Of a stretch of 64,000 nt of DNA, positions 28,538 through 36,895 are shown one piece after another. How positions within the stretch are numbered: the first letter of the stretch is position 1; the number at the start of each line of letters is the position of its first letter. The stretch is taken from NCBI GenBank assembly GCA_041653835.1, contig JBAZEP010000003.1, positions 3,812-67,811 of the forward strand, read 5' to 3'. The stretch is from Candidatus Omnitrophota bacterium. GTDB lineage: Bacteria; Omnitrophota; Gorgyraeia; Gorgyraeales; Gorgyraeaceae. Position numbers and translations under genes: made by a program. Under the pieces are notes generated by a model. That model worked only from the letters and a program-made list of their open reading frames with translations, had not been told where the DNA came from and did no database searches.

Positions 28538-28643
28538 AGGAATCGAAGGGAGACTGATAGATGCGACAAACAGGAGCATCTGCTTATCAGTCGAGTGGCC
28601 GACCCGCCGCAGGCGGGCGCCGATTCCTGCCAGGCGCACCATG
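28538..28643 (+). repeat. tRNA-associated conserved element ending in a 23-nt direct repeat of the tRNA-Arg 3' end
   Basis: CGATTCCTGCCAGGCGCACCATG occurs at 28484-28506 and again at 28621-28643. The upstream part aligns with the element at 43181-43298 (TCGAAG.GAG...ACGAC.AACAGGAG...GAGTGGCCGACCCG-hairpin-GGGCGCCGA). Confidence 0.8.
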
Positions 28644-28658
28644 AAGGAGAATTCTCAA

Positions 28659-30131
28659 ATGCAATATATACTCTCCATCGACCAGGGCACGACGGGAAGC
28701 AGGGCTGTTATTTATGATAAGCGCGGCAGGATAATAACAAGCGCGTACGAAGAATTCCCGCAGTATTTTCCAAAACCCGGATGGGTAGAACATGACCCTG
28801 AAGAGATATGGAAAAGCGTTAATAATTCTATCCAGAAAGTACTCAAAAAAATTCCAGCGGACAATATCAAAGGTATCGGCATTACAAACCAGAGGGAAAC
28901 AACGGTTTTATGGGACAGGGAATCCGGCAAGCCTGTTTATAACGCTATTGTATGGCAGTGCAGACGGACGGCTTCGAGATGCGAGGGGTTGAAAAGAAAA
29001 AGCGCCTTTTTCAGGAAAAAGACAGGCCTCCCCGTAGACGCGTATTTTTCGGCAACCAAGATAGAGTGGATATTAAAGAATGTAAAAGGGGTTTCGGAAA
29101 AAGCCAGGGCAGGGAAAATATTATTCGGCACGACCGACAGCTGGCTCTTGTGGAAACTTACCGGCGGAAAAGCCCACGCGACTGATTACACCAACGCGTC
29201 CCGCACAATGCTTTTCAATATCAAGGAGATGAAGTGGGACGCTGGAATATTAAGAGAATTTGAAATCCCGAAGCAGATCCTGCCCGAAGTCAAAAGCTCA
29301 TCGGGCATCTTCGGTTATACTGTAAGAACGGGAAGGCTCTTGGCCGGCATTCCCATATCGGGCATTGCCGGGGACCAGCAGGCGGCTTTGTTCGGCCAGG
29401 CATGCTTTGAGCCGGGCACCATGAAAAATACATACGGGACAGGATGTTTTATTTTGTTGAATACAGGCGCCAGAAGGATTATTTCGAAATACGGGCTTAT
29501 CACTACCCTTGGATGCGGAAATAACGGGAAGCCTGTCTATGTATTGGAAGGGTCAGTATTTATCGCGGGCGCGGCCATACACTGGATCAGGGACGGGCTT
29601 AAGCTTTTATCATGCGGATGCGAGTCCGAAAAGATGGCGCTTTCAGTCAAGGATAACGCGGGCGTTTATTTTGTGCCCGCTCTTACAGGGCTCGGCGCGC
29701 CTTATTGGGACCAGGACGCGCGCGGCGCCATATTCGGGATCACAAGAGGCACCAACGGGAATCATATTGTGAGAGCGGCGCTCGAAGCGATGTGTTATCA
29801 GACCCGCGATGTCCTGGAAGCCATGCGTAAAGATTCAGGGTTAAAAATAAAAAGCCTTAAGATAGACGGCGGCGCGTCCGCGAATGATTTTCTGTGCAGG
29901 TTCCAGGCGGATATACTGAGGATCAATGTAGTGAAGCCCAGGGTAACGGAAACTACGTCCCTGGGCGCGGCGTATCTTGCGGGCCTCGCGCTTGGATATT
30001 GGAAAGATACCAGCGAGATCAAGAGACTCTGGAAAAAAGACAGGGTTTTCATGCCTGAAATGTCAGGGGAAAAAGCGGATTCCCTATATAAAGGCTGGCT
30101 TGACGCTGTCAGGCGCACGCTTACTAGATGA
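28659..30131 (+). CDS. glpK: glycerol kinase
   Basis: YILSIDQGTTGSRAVIYD...GWVEHDPEEIW matches GlpK. The ATG at 28659 sits 8 nt after a GAAGGAGA RBS. Confidence 0.9.
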   Translation: MQYILSIDQGTTGSRAVIYDKRGRIITSAYEEFPQYFPKPGWVEHDPEEIWKSVNNSIQKVLKKIPADNIKGIGITNQRETTVLWDRESGKPVYNAIVWQCRRTASRCEGLKRKSAFFRKKTGLPVDAYFSATKIEWILKNVKGVSEKARAGKILFGTTDSWLLWKLTGGKAHATDYTNASRTMLFNIKEMKWDAGILREFEIPKQILPEVKSSSGIFGYTVRTGRLLAGIPISGIAGDQQAALFGQACFEPGTMKNTYGTGCFILLNTGARRIISKYGLITTLGCGNNGKPVYVLEGSVFIAGAAIHWIRDGLKLLSCGCESEKMALSVKDNAGVYFVPALTGLGAPYWDQDARGAIFGITRGTNGNHIVRAALEAMCYQTRDVLEAMRKDSGLKIKSLKIDGGASANDFLCRFQADILRINVVKPRVTETTSLGAAYLAGLALGYWKDTSEIKRLWKKDRVFMPEMSGEKADSLYKGWLDAVRRTLTR

Positions 30132-31567
30132 AGACATACGATGTAACGATAATCGGCGCGGGCGTGATCGGCACATCTATAGCCAGGGAACTCTCCCGCT
30201 ATAAATTAACCGTCGCGCTTATTGAAAAAGAAGAAGAACCTGCCTTTGGGGTCTCAAAATCGAATTCAGGCATTATCCATCCCGGGACGCAAAATCCTTC
30301 GCGTTCTTTAAAGGGAAAACTTTGCGTCAGCGGAAATTTTCTTATCAGGAGGATATCAAAAGAATTAGGATTGGATTTCAAGGAGACCGGAGAATTAATA
30401 ACGGCGTTTGACGAACCCGAGGCAAGAGAACTCCTGCGGATAAAAAAAGAAGCCGAGCTCCTCGGCGTGGCGGGACTGAAGATCGTTGACAGGGCGTGGC
30501 TCAGTGACAATGAGCCCAACCTGAATAAAGAAGCCTTTCGCGCGCTTTACGCGCCCTCAGCCGGGATAATAAGCCCTTACAGGCTTGTGTATACCCTGGC
30601 TGAAAACGCTGTTCGTAACGGCGTTGATATTTATACCGGCGCCACGGTAGAAAATATAATACGCGCAGGAAATGGTTTTGAGATAAATACCCCAAAGGTT
30701 TCCATCAGGTCCAGATATGTGGTTAATTCAGCGGGCTTGTTCGCGGATAAGATATCCGGCATGCTCGGGATAAATGATTTCAAGATCATGCCGCGTAAAG
30801 GCGAGGAGTTTATCCTGGACAAGAAAAAAGAAAATATCACAAGGCACCTTATTTTCCCTTTGCCGTCTAGGGTATCGAAAGGCGTTTTGATAATAAGGAC
30901 CGCGGACGGCAACCCCATGATAGGGCCTACCGCGGAAGATATCGATGACAAAGAAGACGTTTCTACCTCAGACGCGGGTTTCAGCAAAGTCCTGTCGGCT
31001 GCCAGGCGGCTGGTGCCGTCGATAAACGATAAGGATATAATAGCTTATTTCGCGGGCTTAAGGCCTGTAGCGGGAGATGATTTTATCATAAGGAACGAGG
31101 CTAAAGCAAAAGGATTTATAAATACCGCGGGTATCCAATCCCCCGGCCTGACAGCCGCTTCCGCTATAGCGCTTATGGTCGCGGGCATACTCAGGGATAA
31201 CGGCCTCGCGCTCAAAAAGAAATTGATATTCCGCGGCCATCGGAGAAAAACGGTCCATCTGCACGACATACCGTTTTCAAAAACAAAACACCTTATAAAA
31301 AAAGATCCCGCTTACGGTGACATTGTCTGCAGGTGCGAGATGGTTTCCGCGAAAGAGATCAGGGATGCCGTGAAGCAGGGAGCAAGGACAATGGATGGGA
31401 TAAAGTTCAGGACGCGCGCGCAGGCTGGAAGATGCCACGGCGCGTTTTGCACAAGCCGGATAATGAAGCTCCTTGCCGAAGAAACAAAAACACCCATTAC
31501 CGCCATAACAAAAAGAGGTAAAGGGTCGGAGATAGTAAAAATGAATAGAGGTTCAGCGGATGATTAA
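30128..31567 (+). CDS. glpA: FAD-dependent glycerol-3-phosphate dehydrogenase (anaerobic GlpA-like) with C-terminal BFD-like [2Fe-2S] domain
   Basis: YDVTIIGAGVIGTSIA FAD fold and a C-terminal CRCEMVS...CHGAFC motif. Confidence 0.8.
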   Translation: MKTYDVTIIGAGVIGTSIARELSRYKLTVALIEKEEEPAFGVSKSNSGIIHPGTQNPSRSLKGKLCVSGNFLIRRISKELGLDFKETGELITAFDEPEARELLRIKKEAELLGVAGLKIVDRAWLSDNEPNLNKEAFRALYAPSAGIISPYRLVYTLAENAVRNGVDIYTGATVENIIRAGNGFEINTPKVSIRSRYVVNSAGLFADKISGMLGINDFKIMPRKGEEFILDKKKENITRHLIFPLPSRVSKGVLIIRTADGNPMIGPTAEDIDDKEDVSTSDAGFSKVLSAARRLVPSINDKDIIAYFAGLRPVAGDDFIIRNEAKAKGFINTAGIQSPGLTAASAIALMVAGILRDNGLALKKKLIFRGHRRKTVHLHDIPFSKTKHLIKKDPAYGDIVCRCEMVSAKEIRDAVKQGARTMDGIKFRTRAQAGRCHGAFCTSRIMKLLAEETKTPITAITKRGKGSEIVKMNRGSADD

Positions 31568-32501
31568 GCGGGATTTGATTATAGTCGGAGGAGGGCCGGC
31601 AGGCATGGCCGCGGCGATCTCGGCACACGAGAGCGGCGTAAAGGATATACTGCTTATCGAGAGAGACCAGTATCTCGGCGGGATATTGAACCAGTGTATC
31701 CATACCGGGTTTGGCTTGAGTTATTTTAAAGAGGTTTTGACCGGCCCCGAATACGCGGCGCGATTTATCAAAAAGATCGAAGATATGGATGGGATAGATA
31801 TCAGTTTGAGATCAATCGCGGTTAAGCTGACTTCGGATAACGTACTTACATTCCTGAAGCCCGGCAGGCTGGAAGAAGTAAAGGCAAAAGCGATCATCAT
31901 GGCAACGGGCTGCAGGGAAAAAACAAGGGAGATGGTCCATATACAGGGTACAAGGCCGGCGGGTATTTTTTCAGCGGGCCTGGCGCAAAAATTAATGAAC
32001 ATAGAAGGCCTCCTGCCAGGCAGGGAAATAGTGATCGTGGGATCCGGGGATATAGGGCTTATTATGGCGAGAAGGTTTACGCTGGAAGGGGCGAAGGTAA
32101 AGGCTATCATAGAGATACGCAAAGAGACCAGGGGGCTTTTGCGCAACATGGCGCAGTGCGTGGAAGATTTTGACATACCTGTTTATTTTAATCATAAAAT
32201 TTCCAGGATTTACGGAAAAGACAGGGTGGAAAAAGTAAGCGTGATAAAAGTAGACGCGGATTCCAGTGAAATACCCGGCTCTCTGTTCGAGATAAAATGC
32301 GATACCGTGCTCGTATCTGTGGGGCTTATACCCGAGAACGAGCTTATAGAAGCCGCCGGGGTAAGGATAGAGGGGGACAGGACCTCGGCGCCCGGGATTT
32401 TTGTATGCGGGAATTCATTTAAGATATATGATATAGTGGATTCCGTGACCGAGGACAGTTTTTTGGCGGGCAAACTCGCCGCAGATTATATCCTAAAGTA
32501 A
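31560..32501 (+). CDS. NAD(P)/FAD-dependent oxidoreductase (GlpB-like partner of GlpA-like dehydrogenase)
   Basis: IVGGGPAGMAAA and a second Rossmann motif, IVGSGDIGL. Confidence 0.7.
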   Translation: MIKRDLIIVGGGPAGMAAAISAHESGVKDILLIERDQYLGGILNQCIHTGFGLSYFKEVLTGPEYAARFIKKIEDMDGIDISLRSIAVKLTSDNVLTFLKPGRLEEVKAKAIIMATGCREKTREMVHIQGTRPAGIFSAGLAQKLMNIEGLLPGREIVIVGSGDIGLIMARRFTLEGAKVKAIIEIRKETRGLLRNMAQCVEDFDIPVYFNHKISRIYGKDRVEKVSVIKVDADSSEIPGSLFEIKCDTVLVSVGLIPENELIEAAGVRIEGDRTSAPGIFVCGNSFKIYDIVDSVTEDSFLAGKLAADYILK

Positions 32502-32534
32502 GATTTAAGACAATGTCTTAAATCTTACTTTAGG
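32492..32534. repeat. 43-nt perfect palindrome, REP-like family variant, copy 3
   Basis: CCTAAAGTAAGATTTAAGACA-A-TGTCTTAAATCTTACTTTAGG. It overlaps the stop codon of the upstream gene. Confidence 0.9.
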
Positions 32535-32546
32535 TAGGGAAAGAAT

Positions 32547-32906
32547 ATGACAACAAAAAAAATTACATGCATAGAATGCCCTAAGGGATGCGTGTTGGGC
32601 GTAGATATAGAGAATTGCAGGGTAGTAAAGGTCACGGGAAACGAATGCCCTAAAGGCGAAAAATACGCTGTTTCCGAGGCTGAGAATCCCATGAGGATAC
32701 TGACTGCCGTTGTCCGGGCCGCCGGTCTGGAATTAAAGATGATACCTGTAAGGACAGACAGGCCCATACCGAGATCCAGGATATTCGAGGCAATGGATGA
32801 GATCAAAAAACTCAAAGTAAACGGCCCATTAAATACAGGCGATGTTATTGTTAAGAATTTTATGGGCTTAGACGCGGATCTTATCGCTACGAGGAAAGTA
32901 AAATGA
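32547..32906 (+). CDS. DUF1667 domain protein (third component of the glpA-like cluster)
   Basis: The conserved Cys pattern CIECPKGC...CPKG is typical of DUF1667. Confidence 0.7.
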   Translation: MTTKKITCIECPKGCVLGVDIENCRVVKVTGNECPKGEKYAVSEAENPMRILTAVVRAAGLELKMIPVRTDRPIPRSRIFEAMDEIKKLKVNGPLNTGDVIVKNFMGLDADLIATRKVK

Positions 32907-33340
32907 ATAAAGAGTTTTCCGCCGGAGCTGTTATTTTCAAAAGAGAGGCAGGCGATATATTATTCCTTGTTGTATACAGCGCCAGGAATAAGATATGGGG
33001 CTTTCCGAAGGGCCATATAGAGGCGGGCGAGACGGCGGAAGAGGCGGCTATGAGGGAGATAAAAGAAGAGACCGGGCTCAAAGATTTAAAATTTACGGAA
33101 GGGTTCGAAGGAAAGGTCGTGTACGAGACAATAAGCAAAAGGCCGCCATTTGAAGGCGAAAGGATAAAAAAATACGTGACATATTTTTTGTGCGGGATAC
33201 AAAATAAGGATATAATAACGGATGGCGCTGAAATAACAGATTTCAGGTTCGCGCCTTTAAACGAGGCAATCGGGCTTATCGGGTTCACGGACCTGGGCGG
33301 CATATTAAGGAGCGCTTATGATTTTTTGCAAAAGGCATAA
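32903..33340 (+). CDS. NUDIX hydrolase
   Basis: GHIEAGETAEEAAMREIKEETG Nudix box. Confidence 0.8.
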   Translation: MNKEFSAGAVIFKREAGDILFLVVYSARNKIWGFPKGHIEAGETAEEAAMREIKEETGLKDLKFTEGFEGKVVYETISKRPPFEGERIKKYVTYFLCGIQNKDIITDGAEITDFRFAPLNEAIGLIGFTDLGGILRSAYDFLQKA

Positions 33341-33899
33341 GTTTTTGATACTGGTCTTATCCGTTGTGTTTATGGGAGGATGTTCTGTCGCCCATGTGGC
33401 AGGGACCGCTGTAGGCGTGGCAGGCAAAACAGTTTATACGACAGCCAGGATTGTATGCAAGACCGCAGAACTCACCGGCAAAGGCGCCAAGACAGTGGTC
33501 AACATGGCGTCCGGCAGGCATATAGTAAGGCTTGCCAGGCGCGGGACCAGCCTTACGACGGGTGTCCTGCTGAACAGAAGGGTCATGACGGATCTGATAA
33601 TCGATACAGGAGCGGGCGAAACTGTAATATCCGCCGCGATTGCCAGAAAATTAGGAATACGCCTTAATAACTGCCGGACCGTACAGTGCCAGGTGGCTGA
33701 CGGCCGCACAGTGAACGGCAGGCAGGTAAATATAAGGGAAGTAAAGGTGGGAGGGGCAAGGGTCTCTAATGTACAGGCTGTTGTGCTGGATTCCGAGGAA
33801 ATGGGCAATGCCCCCGGCCTATTGGGAATGTCCTTTTTAGATAATTTCGTGTTCAAGATAGATACAGAGAAGCAGCTGCTGGTCCTTCAGAAAAGATAA
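33318..33899 (+). CDS. retropepsin-like aspartic protease lipoprotein (clan AA)
   Basis: Lipoprotein signal (LSVVFMGGCS) and IIDTGAGETVIS D-T-G-A motif. Confidence 0.65.
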   Translation: MIFCKRHKFLILVLSVVFMGGCSVAHVAGTAVGVAGKTVYTTARIVCKTAELTGKGAKTVVNMASGRHIVRLARRGTSLTTGVLLNRRVMTDLIIDTGAGETVISAAIARKLGIRLNNCRTVQCQVADGRTVNGRQVNIREVKVGGARVSNVQAVVLDSEEMGNAPGLLGMSFLDNFVFKIDTEKQLLVLQKR

Positions 33900-33916
33900 T
33901 AAATCACACCAAGTTC

Positions 33917-33980
33917 TTGACTCTTCCTTTAAATATGGTATATTAATAGTAGTTGATAGTTAACTACCATTAACTATTAA
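33917..33980 (+). promoter_or_regulatory. promoter (TTGACT-N16-TGgTATATT) and palindromic operator TAGTTAACTA upstream of marR
   Basis: A sigma70-like -35/-10 pair with an extended -10 is followed by a 10-bp perfect palindrome at 33957-33966 and a TTAACTAT repeat. Confidence 0.55.
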
Positions 33981-33991
33981 GGAGGTTTATT

Positions 33992-34447
33992 ATGAAGGTT
34001 TCCCTGCAGGATTTTTCCGAGCGCATAAACGACATTTTACCGATAATCATAAAAGAATTCACAAAACGCCAGCTCAACGAACTTTCCAAAGGCAGGATCA
34101 CGCTTCCTCAGTTCCTGATACTTGATTTCCTGGAAAGGAACGGGGAAGCGAAAATGAGCGCGCTGGCGCGTTTTATGTCCGTAAGCACCGCGGCAATGAC
34201 AGGCACGATAGACAGGCTTGTGAAACACGGGTGCGTCACAAGAGACTCGGAAAATTCCGACAGGCGTATAGTAAAGATCAGGCTCATGCCGAAAGGGTCG
34301 AGCATCATAAAAAAAATAAACAGCCAGCGCAGGCACATGATCATCGATGTGTTCGGCAGGGTTTCGGAGCGCGACAGGTCGGACTACCTCAGGATCTTGA
34401 CCAATATAAAAGAAGTATTATCCGAGAAAAATTATAAGGTAACATGA
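33992..34447 (+). CDS. marR: MarR family transcriptional regulator
   Basis: Winged HTH (LPQFLILDFLERNGEAKMSALARFMSVSTAAMTGTIDRLVKHG). Confidence 0.85.
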   Translation: MKVSLQDFSERINDILPIIIKEFTKRQLNELSKGRITLPQFLILDFLERNGEAKMSALARFMSVSTAAMTGTIDRLVKHGCVTRDSENSDRRIVKIRLMPKGSSIIKKINSQRRHMIIDVFGRVSERDRSDYLRILTNIKEVLSEKNYKVT

Positions 34448-35994
34448 AAAACATCATAGTTGTTTTATTAATAGCTGCTTTTTTACCGGCGTCCAACGGG
34501 ATCTCCTTTGCCTCGGATGTGAAAATGGACAGGGAGATGTCGGCGGCGGCCGACAGGCTTCTTTCTATCGCCTCGGGCGGCCAGAAGACTACACTGAGGA
34601 TGACCCTGGTGGACGTGATCGCTTATGCCCTGAAAAGCAACTCCGAGATAAAAATAGAAGGCATAAATCCCAGGCTTAAGAAACTCGACGTAAGCGTGGC
34701 AGGCGCGGATTTCGAGCCGGAGTTCAACGCGGAATATATGATGCATTATAACGCGGAAACAGCCACGTCCGGCCTGGCGGGAGCGGCTGTTTCCAAGATG
34801 AGGGACATAGATCTTTCAGCCGGCCTTTCCGGTAAACTTGTCACTGGCACGGAATACGCGCTGGAATTCATCGGAGAAAGATACAAAACCAATTCCAGCT
34901 ACCAGTCCATTAATCCGTATTACGCGTCCGAACCAAAGCTTACGATCACACAGCCTGTTTTAAAGGACGCCGGGATAGCGGTAAACAAGGCTGATATAAT
35001 GATCGCGCAGAACAACGAGACCCTCTCGGAGCAGTCATTTAAGAATACCGTAATGGATATCGTGACAAAGGCAAAGTCAGCTTATTATAATTATATTTAT
35101 TACAGGGACAATTATTCTATCGCAGCTTCTTCCCTGAAAAGGGCAAAAGACCTCGCCGCTATAAATAAACTAAGGTATGGCAAAGGGTTGATCAGTTCCG
35201 TGGACTTATTGGAAACGGAAACAGCCGTATCCCAACGAGAAAAGGCGCTCATTTCCGCGGAATCCAGCCTTAAAAAAGCTGAAGACGAATTAAAGGTGGT
35301 CACCAATATAGTGGATGACCCGTTCCTGTGGAACGCGGAGATAAAGGCGCTGGATATGCCGGAATATAAAAAAGAAAACCCCGACCTGGTGGCCAGCCTC
35401 CAGAACGCTTTTATCGCCAGGCCTGATTATCAGCAGGCGCGGCTCGATTTGAAAAACAGGGATATAAGGATAACTACGGCTAAAAACGCGCTTTATCCCG
35501 AGGTCGATCTGGTAGGAAGTTTCGGCATGAACGGGCTTGGCGGAGATTATCAGGAGTCGCTGGATAAGATAGGGCCCGAGTATAAGGACTGGAGCCTCGG
35601 GGTAAAATTCAGCATGCCGTGGGGCAGCGGCGATAGGGCAAAATATGAGCAGGTCCAGCTGGAAAAGGCGCAGGCATTGATCGCTTTTAAAAGACTGGAA
35701 CAAAATATAATTTTGGATGTAAGGGACAAGGTAAGGGAAGTGGATATCCAGTACAGGCAGGTCGCGGCTTCAGAACTTTCTATGGATAAGGAAAAAACGA
35801 ATTATGAAGCGCAAGAGGAGAGATACGCCGCGGGCCAGGTTTCCACGCACGACATGCTTGATTACCAGGATGCCCTCGCGCAGGCGGAACTGGATTACAC
35901 AAAGGCATTGATAGATTACAATATAGCCGGCATCAACCTTGAAAAGGCGGAAGGCTTGACATTGGAGAGGAACGATATTATATTGCAGTTATAG
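34444..35994 (+). CDS. TolC-family outer membrane efflux protein
   Basis: Signal peptide and two OEP repeats. It is translationally coupled to marR. Confidence 0.8.
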   Translation: MKNIIVVLLIAAFLPASNGISFASDVKMDREMSAAADRLLSIASGGQKTTLRMTLVDVIAYALKSNSEIKIEGINPRLKKLDVSVAGADFEPEFNAEYMMHYNAETATSGLAGAAVSKMRDIDLSAGLSGKLVTGTEYALEFIGERYKTNSSYQSINPYYASEPKLTITQPVLKDAGIAVNKADIMIAQNNETLSEQSFKNTVMDIVTKAKSAYYNYIYYRDNYSIAASSLKRAKDLAAINKLRYGKGLISSVDLLETETAVSQREKALISAESSLKKAEDELKVVTNIVDDPFLWNAEIKALDMPEYKKENPDLVASLQNAFIARPDYQQARLDLKNRDIRITTAKNALYPEVDLVGSFGMNGLGGDYQESLDKIGPEYKDWSLGVKFSMPWGSGDRAKYEQVQLEKAQALIAFKRLEQNIILDVRDKVREVDIQYRQVAASELSMDKEKTNYEAQEERYAAGQVSTHDMLDYQDALAQAELDYTKALIDYNIAGINLEKAEGLTLERNDIILQL

Positions 35995-36018
35995 CGATAA
36001 ACGAAAAGGAGAGTTTTT

Positions 36019-36885
36019 ATGTCCAGATATATTTACCTGTTGTTTTTTATAACTATTTTTTCTGTTTCAGGGTGCGGCGAAAAAATAAAAGCCGCGAAAG
36101 AAGAAGCTATCCCTGTCAGGGCGGAAAAAGTGGCGCTGAGGGACATTCAGACGACCCTTGATTATTCGGGAAACATAAAAGCGCAGGAAGAGGCCGCTGT
36201 GTATCCGAAGGTAAGCGGCAAGATCCTGGAAAAAGTCAAAGAAGAAGGCGCTGTCGTGGAAAAAGGGGACATTGTCGCTTATATAGACAGGGATGAAGTG
36301 GGGTTTAAGTTTGAAAAAGCCCCTGTCGAGAGCCCTCTTACAGGGATCATCGGAAGGGTTTATGTGGATATAGGGTCCAGCGTCAGTCCCGCGACACCGA
36401 TCGCGCTCGTGGTCTATATGGATAATGTAAAAATAAGCCTTGATATCCCGGAAAAGTATTTGTCCAAAATTATGCTTGGCCAGTCCGCCGAGATAAATGT
36501 TGACGCTTACCCGGCCGAAACATTTAAAGGCGAGATCTCTAAGATAAGCCCTGTTGTGGATCAGGATACGCGGACAGCGCCTATTGAAATAAACATCAAG
36601 AATAAAGAGCATAAGCTTAAATCAGGCATGTTCGCCAGGGTTTCGCTTGTGATAGACGAACGAAAATCCGTTCCCGCTATATTAAAGGAAGCGATTATAG
36701 GCAGGGAACCTGATACGTATGTATATACCGTGCGGGAGGGGAAGGCGTTTTTAAAAAAGGTTTCACTTGGCTTGAGGCAGGACCAATATGTTGAAGTAAA
36801 AGAAGGGCTGGGGCAGGGTGAAGAGGTTGTGGTAATGGGCCAGCAGAGATTAAAAGACGCTGTCAGCGTAAAAACGGAAGAATAA
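36019..36885 (+). CDS. efflux RND transporter periplasmic adaptor subunit (membrane fusion protein)
   Basis: Lipoyl-like and beta-barrel domains. The lipobox is FSVSGC. Confidence 0.85.
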   Translation: MSRYIYLLFFITIFSVSGCGEKIKAAKEEAIPVRAEKVALRDIQTTLDYSGNIKAQEEAAVYPKVSGKILEKVKEEGAVVEKGDIVAYIDRDEVGFKFEKAPVESPLTGIIGRVYVDIGSSVSPATPIALVVYMDNVKISLDIPEKYLSKIMLGQSAEINVDAYPAETFKGEISKISPVVDQDTRTAPIEINIKNKEHKLKSGMFARVSLVIDERKSVPAILKEAIIGREPDTYVYTVREGKAFLKKVSLGLRQDQYVEVKEGLGQGEEVVVMGQQRLKDAVSVKTEE

Positions 36886-36895
36886 GGGGTCTATT

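Noticed and set aside
28593-28641. A second, degenerate tRNA gene (pseudo-tRNA) after tRNA-Arg
   Set aside because: Only a T-arm/acceptor-3'-like half is present. No 5' acceptor strand, D-arm or anticodon arm can be formed, so it is not a tRNA gene.
28484-28643. Integrated prophage or genomic island bounded by tRNA-Arg 3'-end direct repeats (attL/attR)
   Set aside because: Only about 115 nt separate the repeats and no integrase is present, so a conventional integrated element is excluded. The same mini-architecture recurs after tRNA-Gly and is reported instead as a distinct small element.
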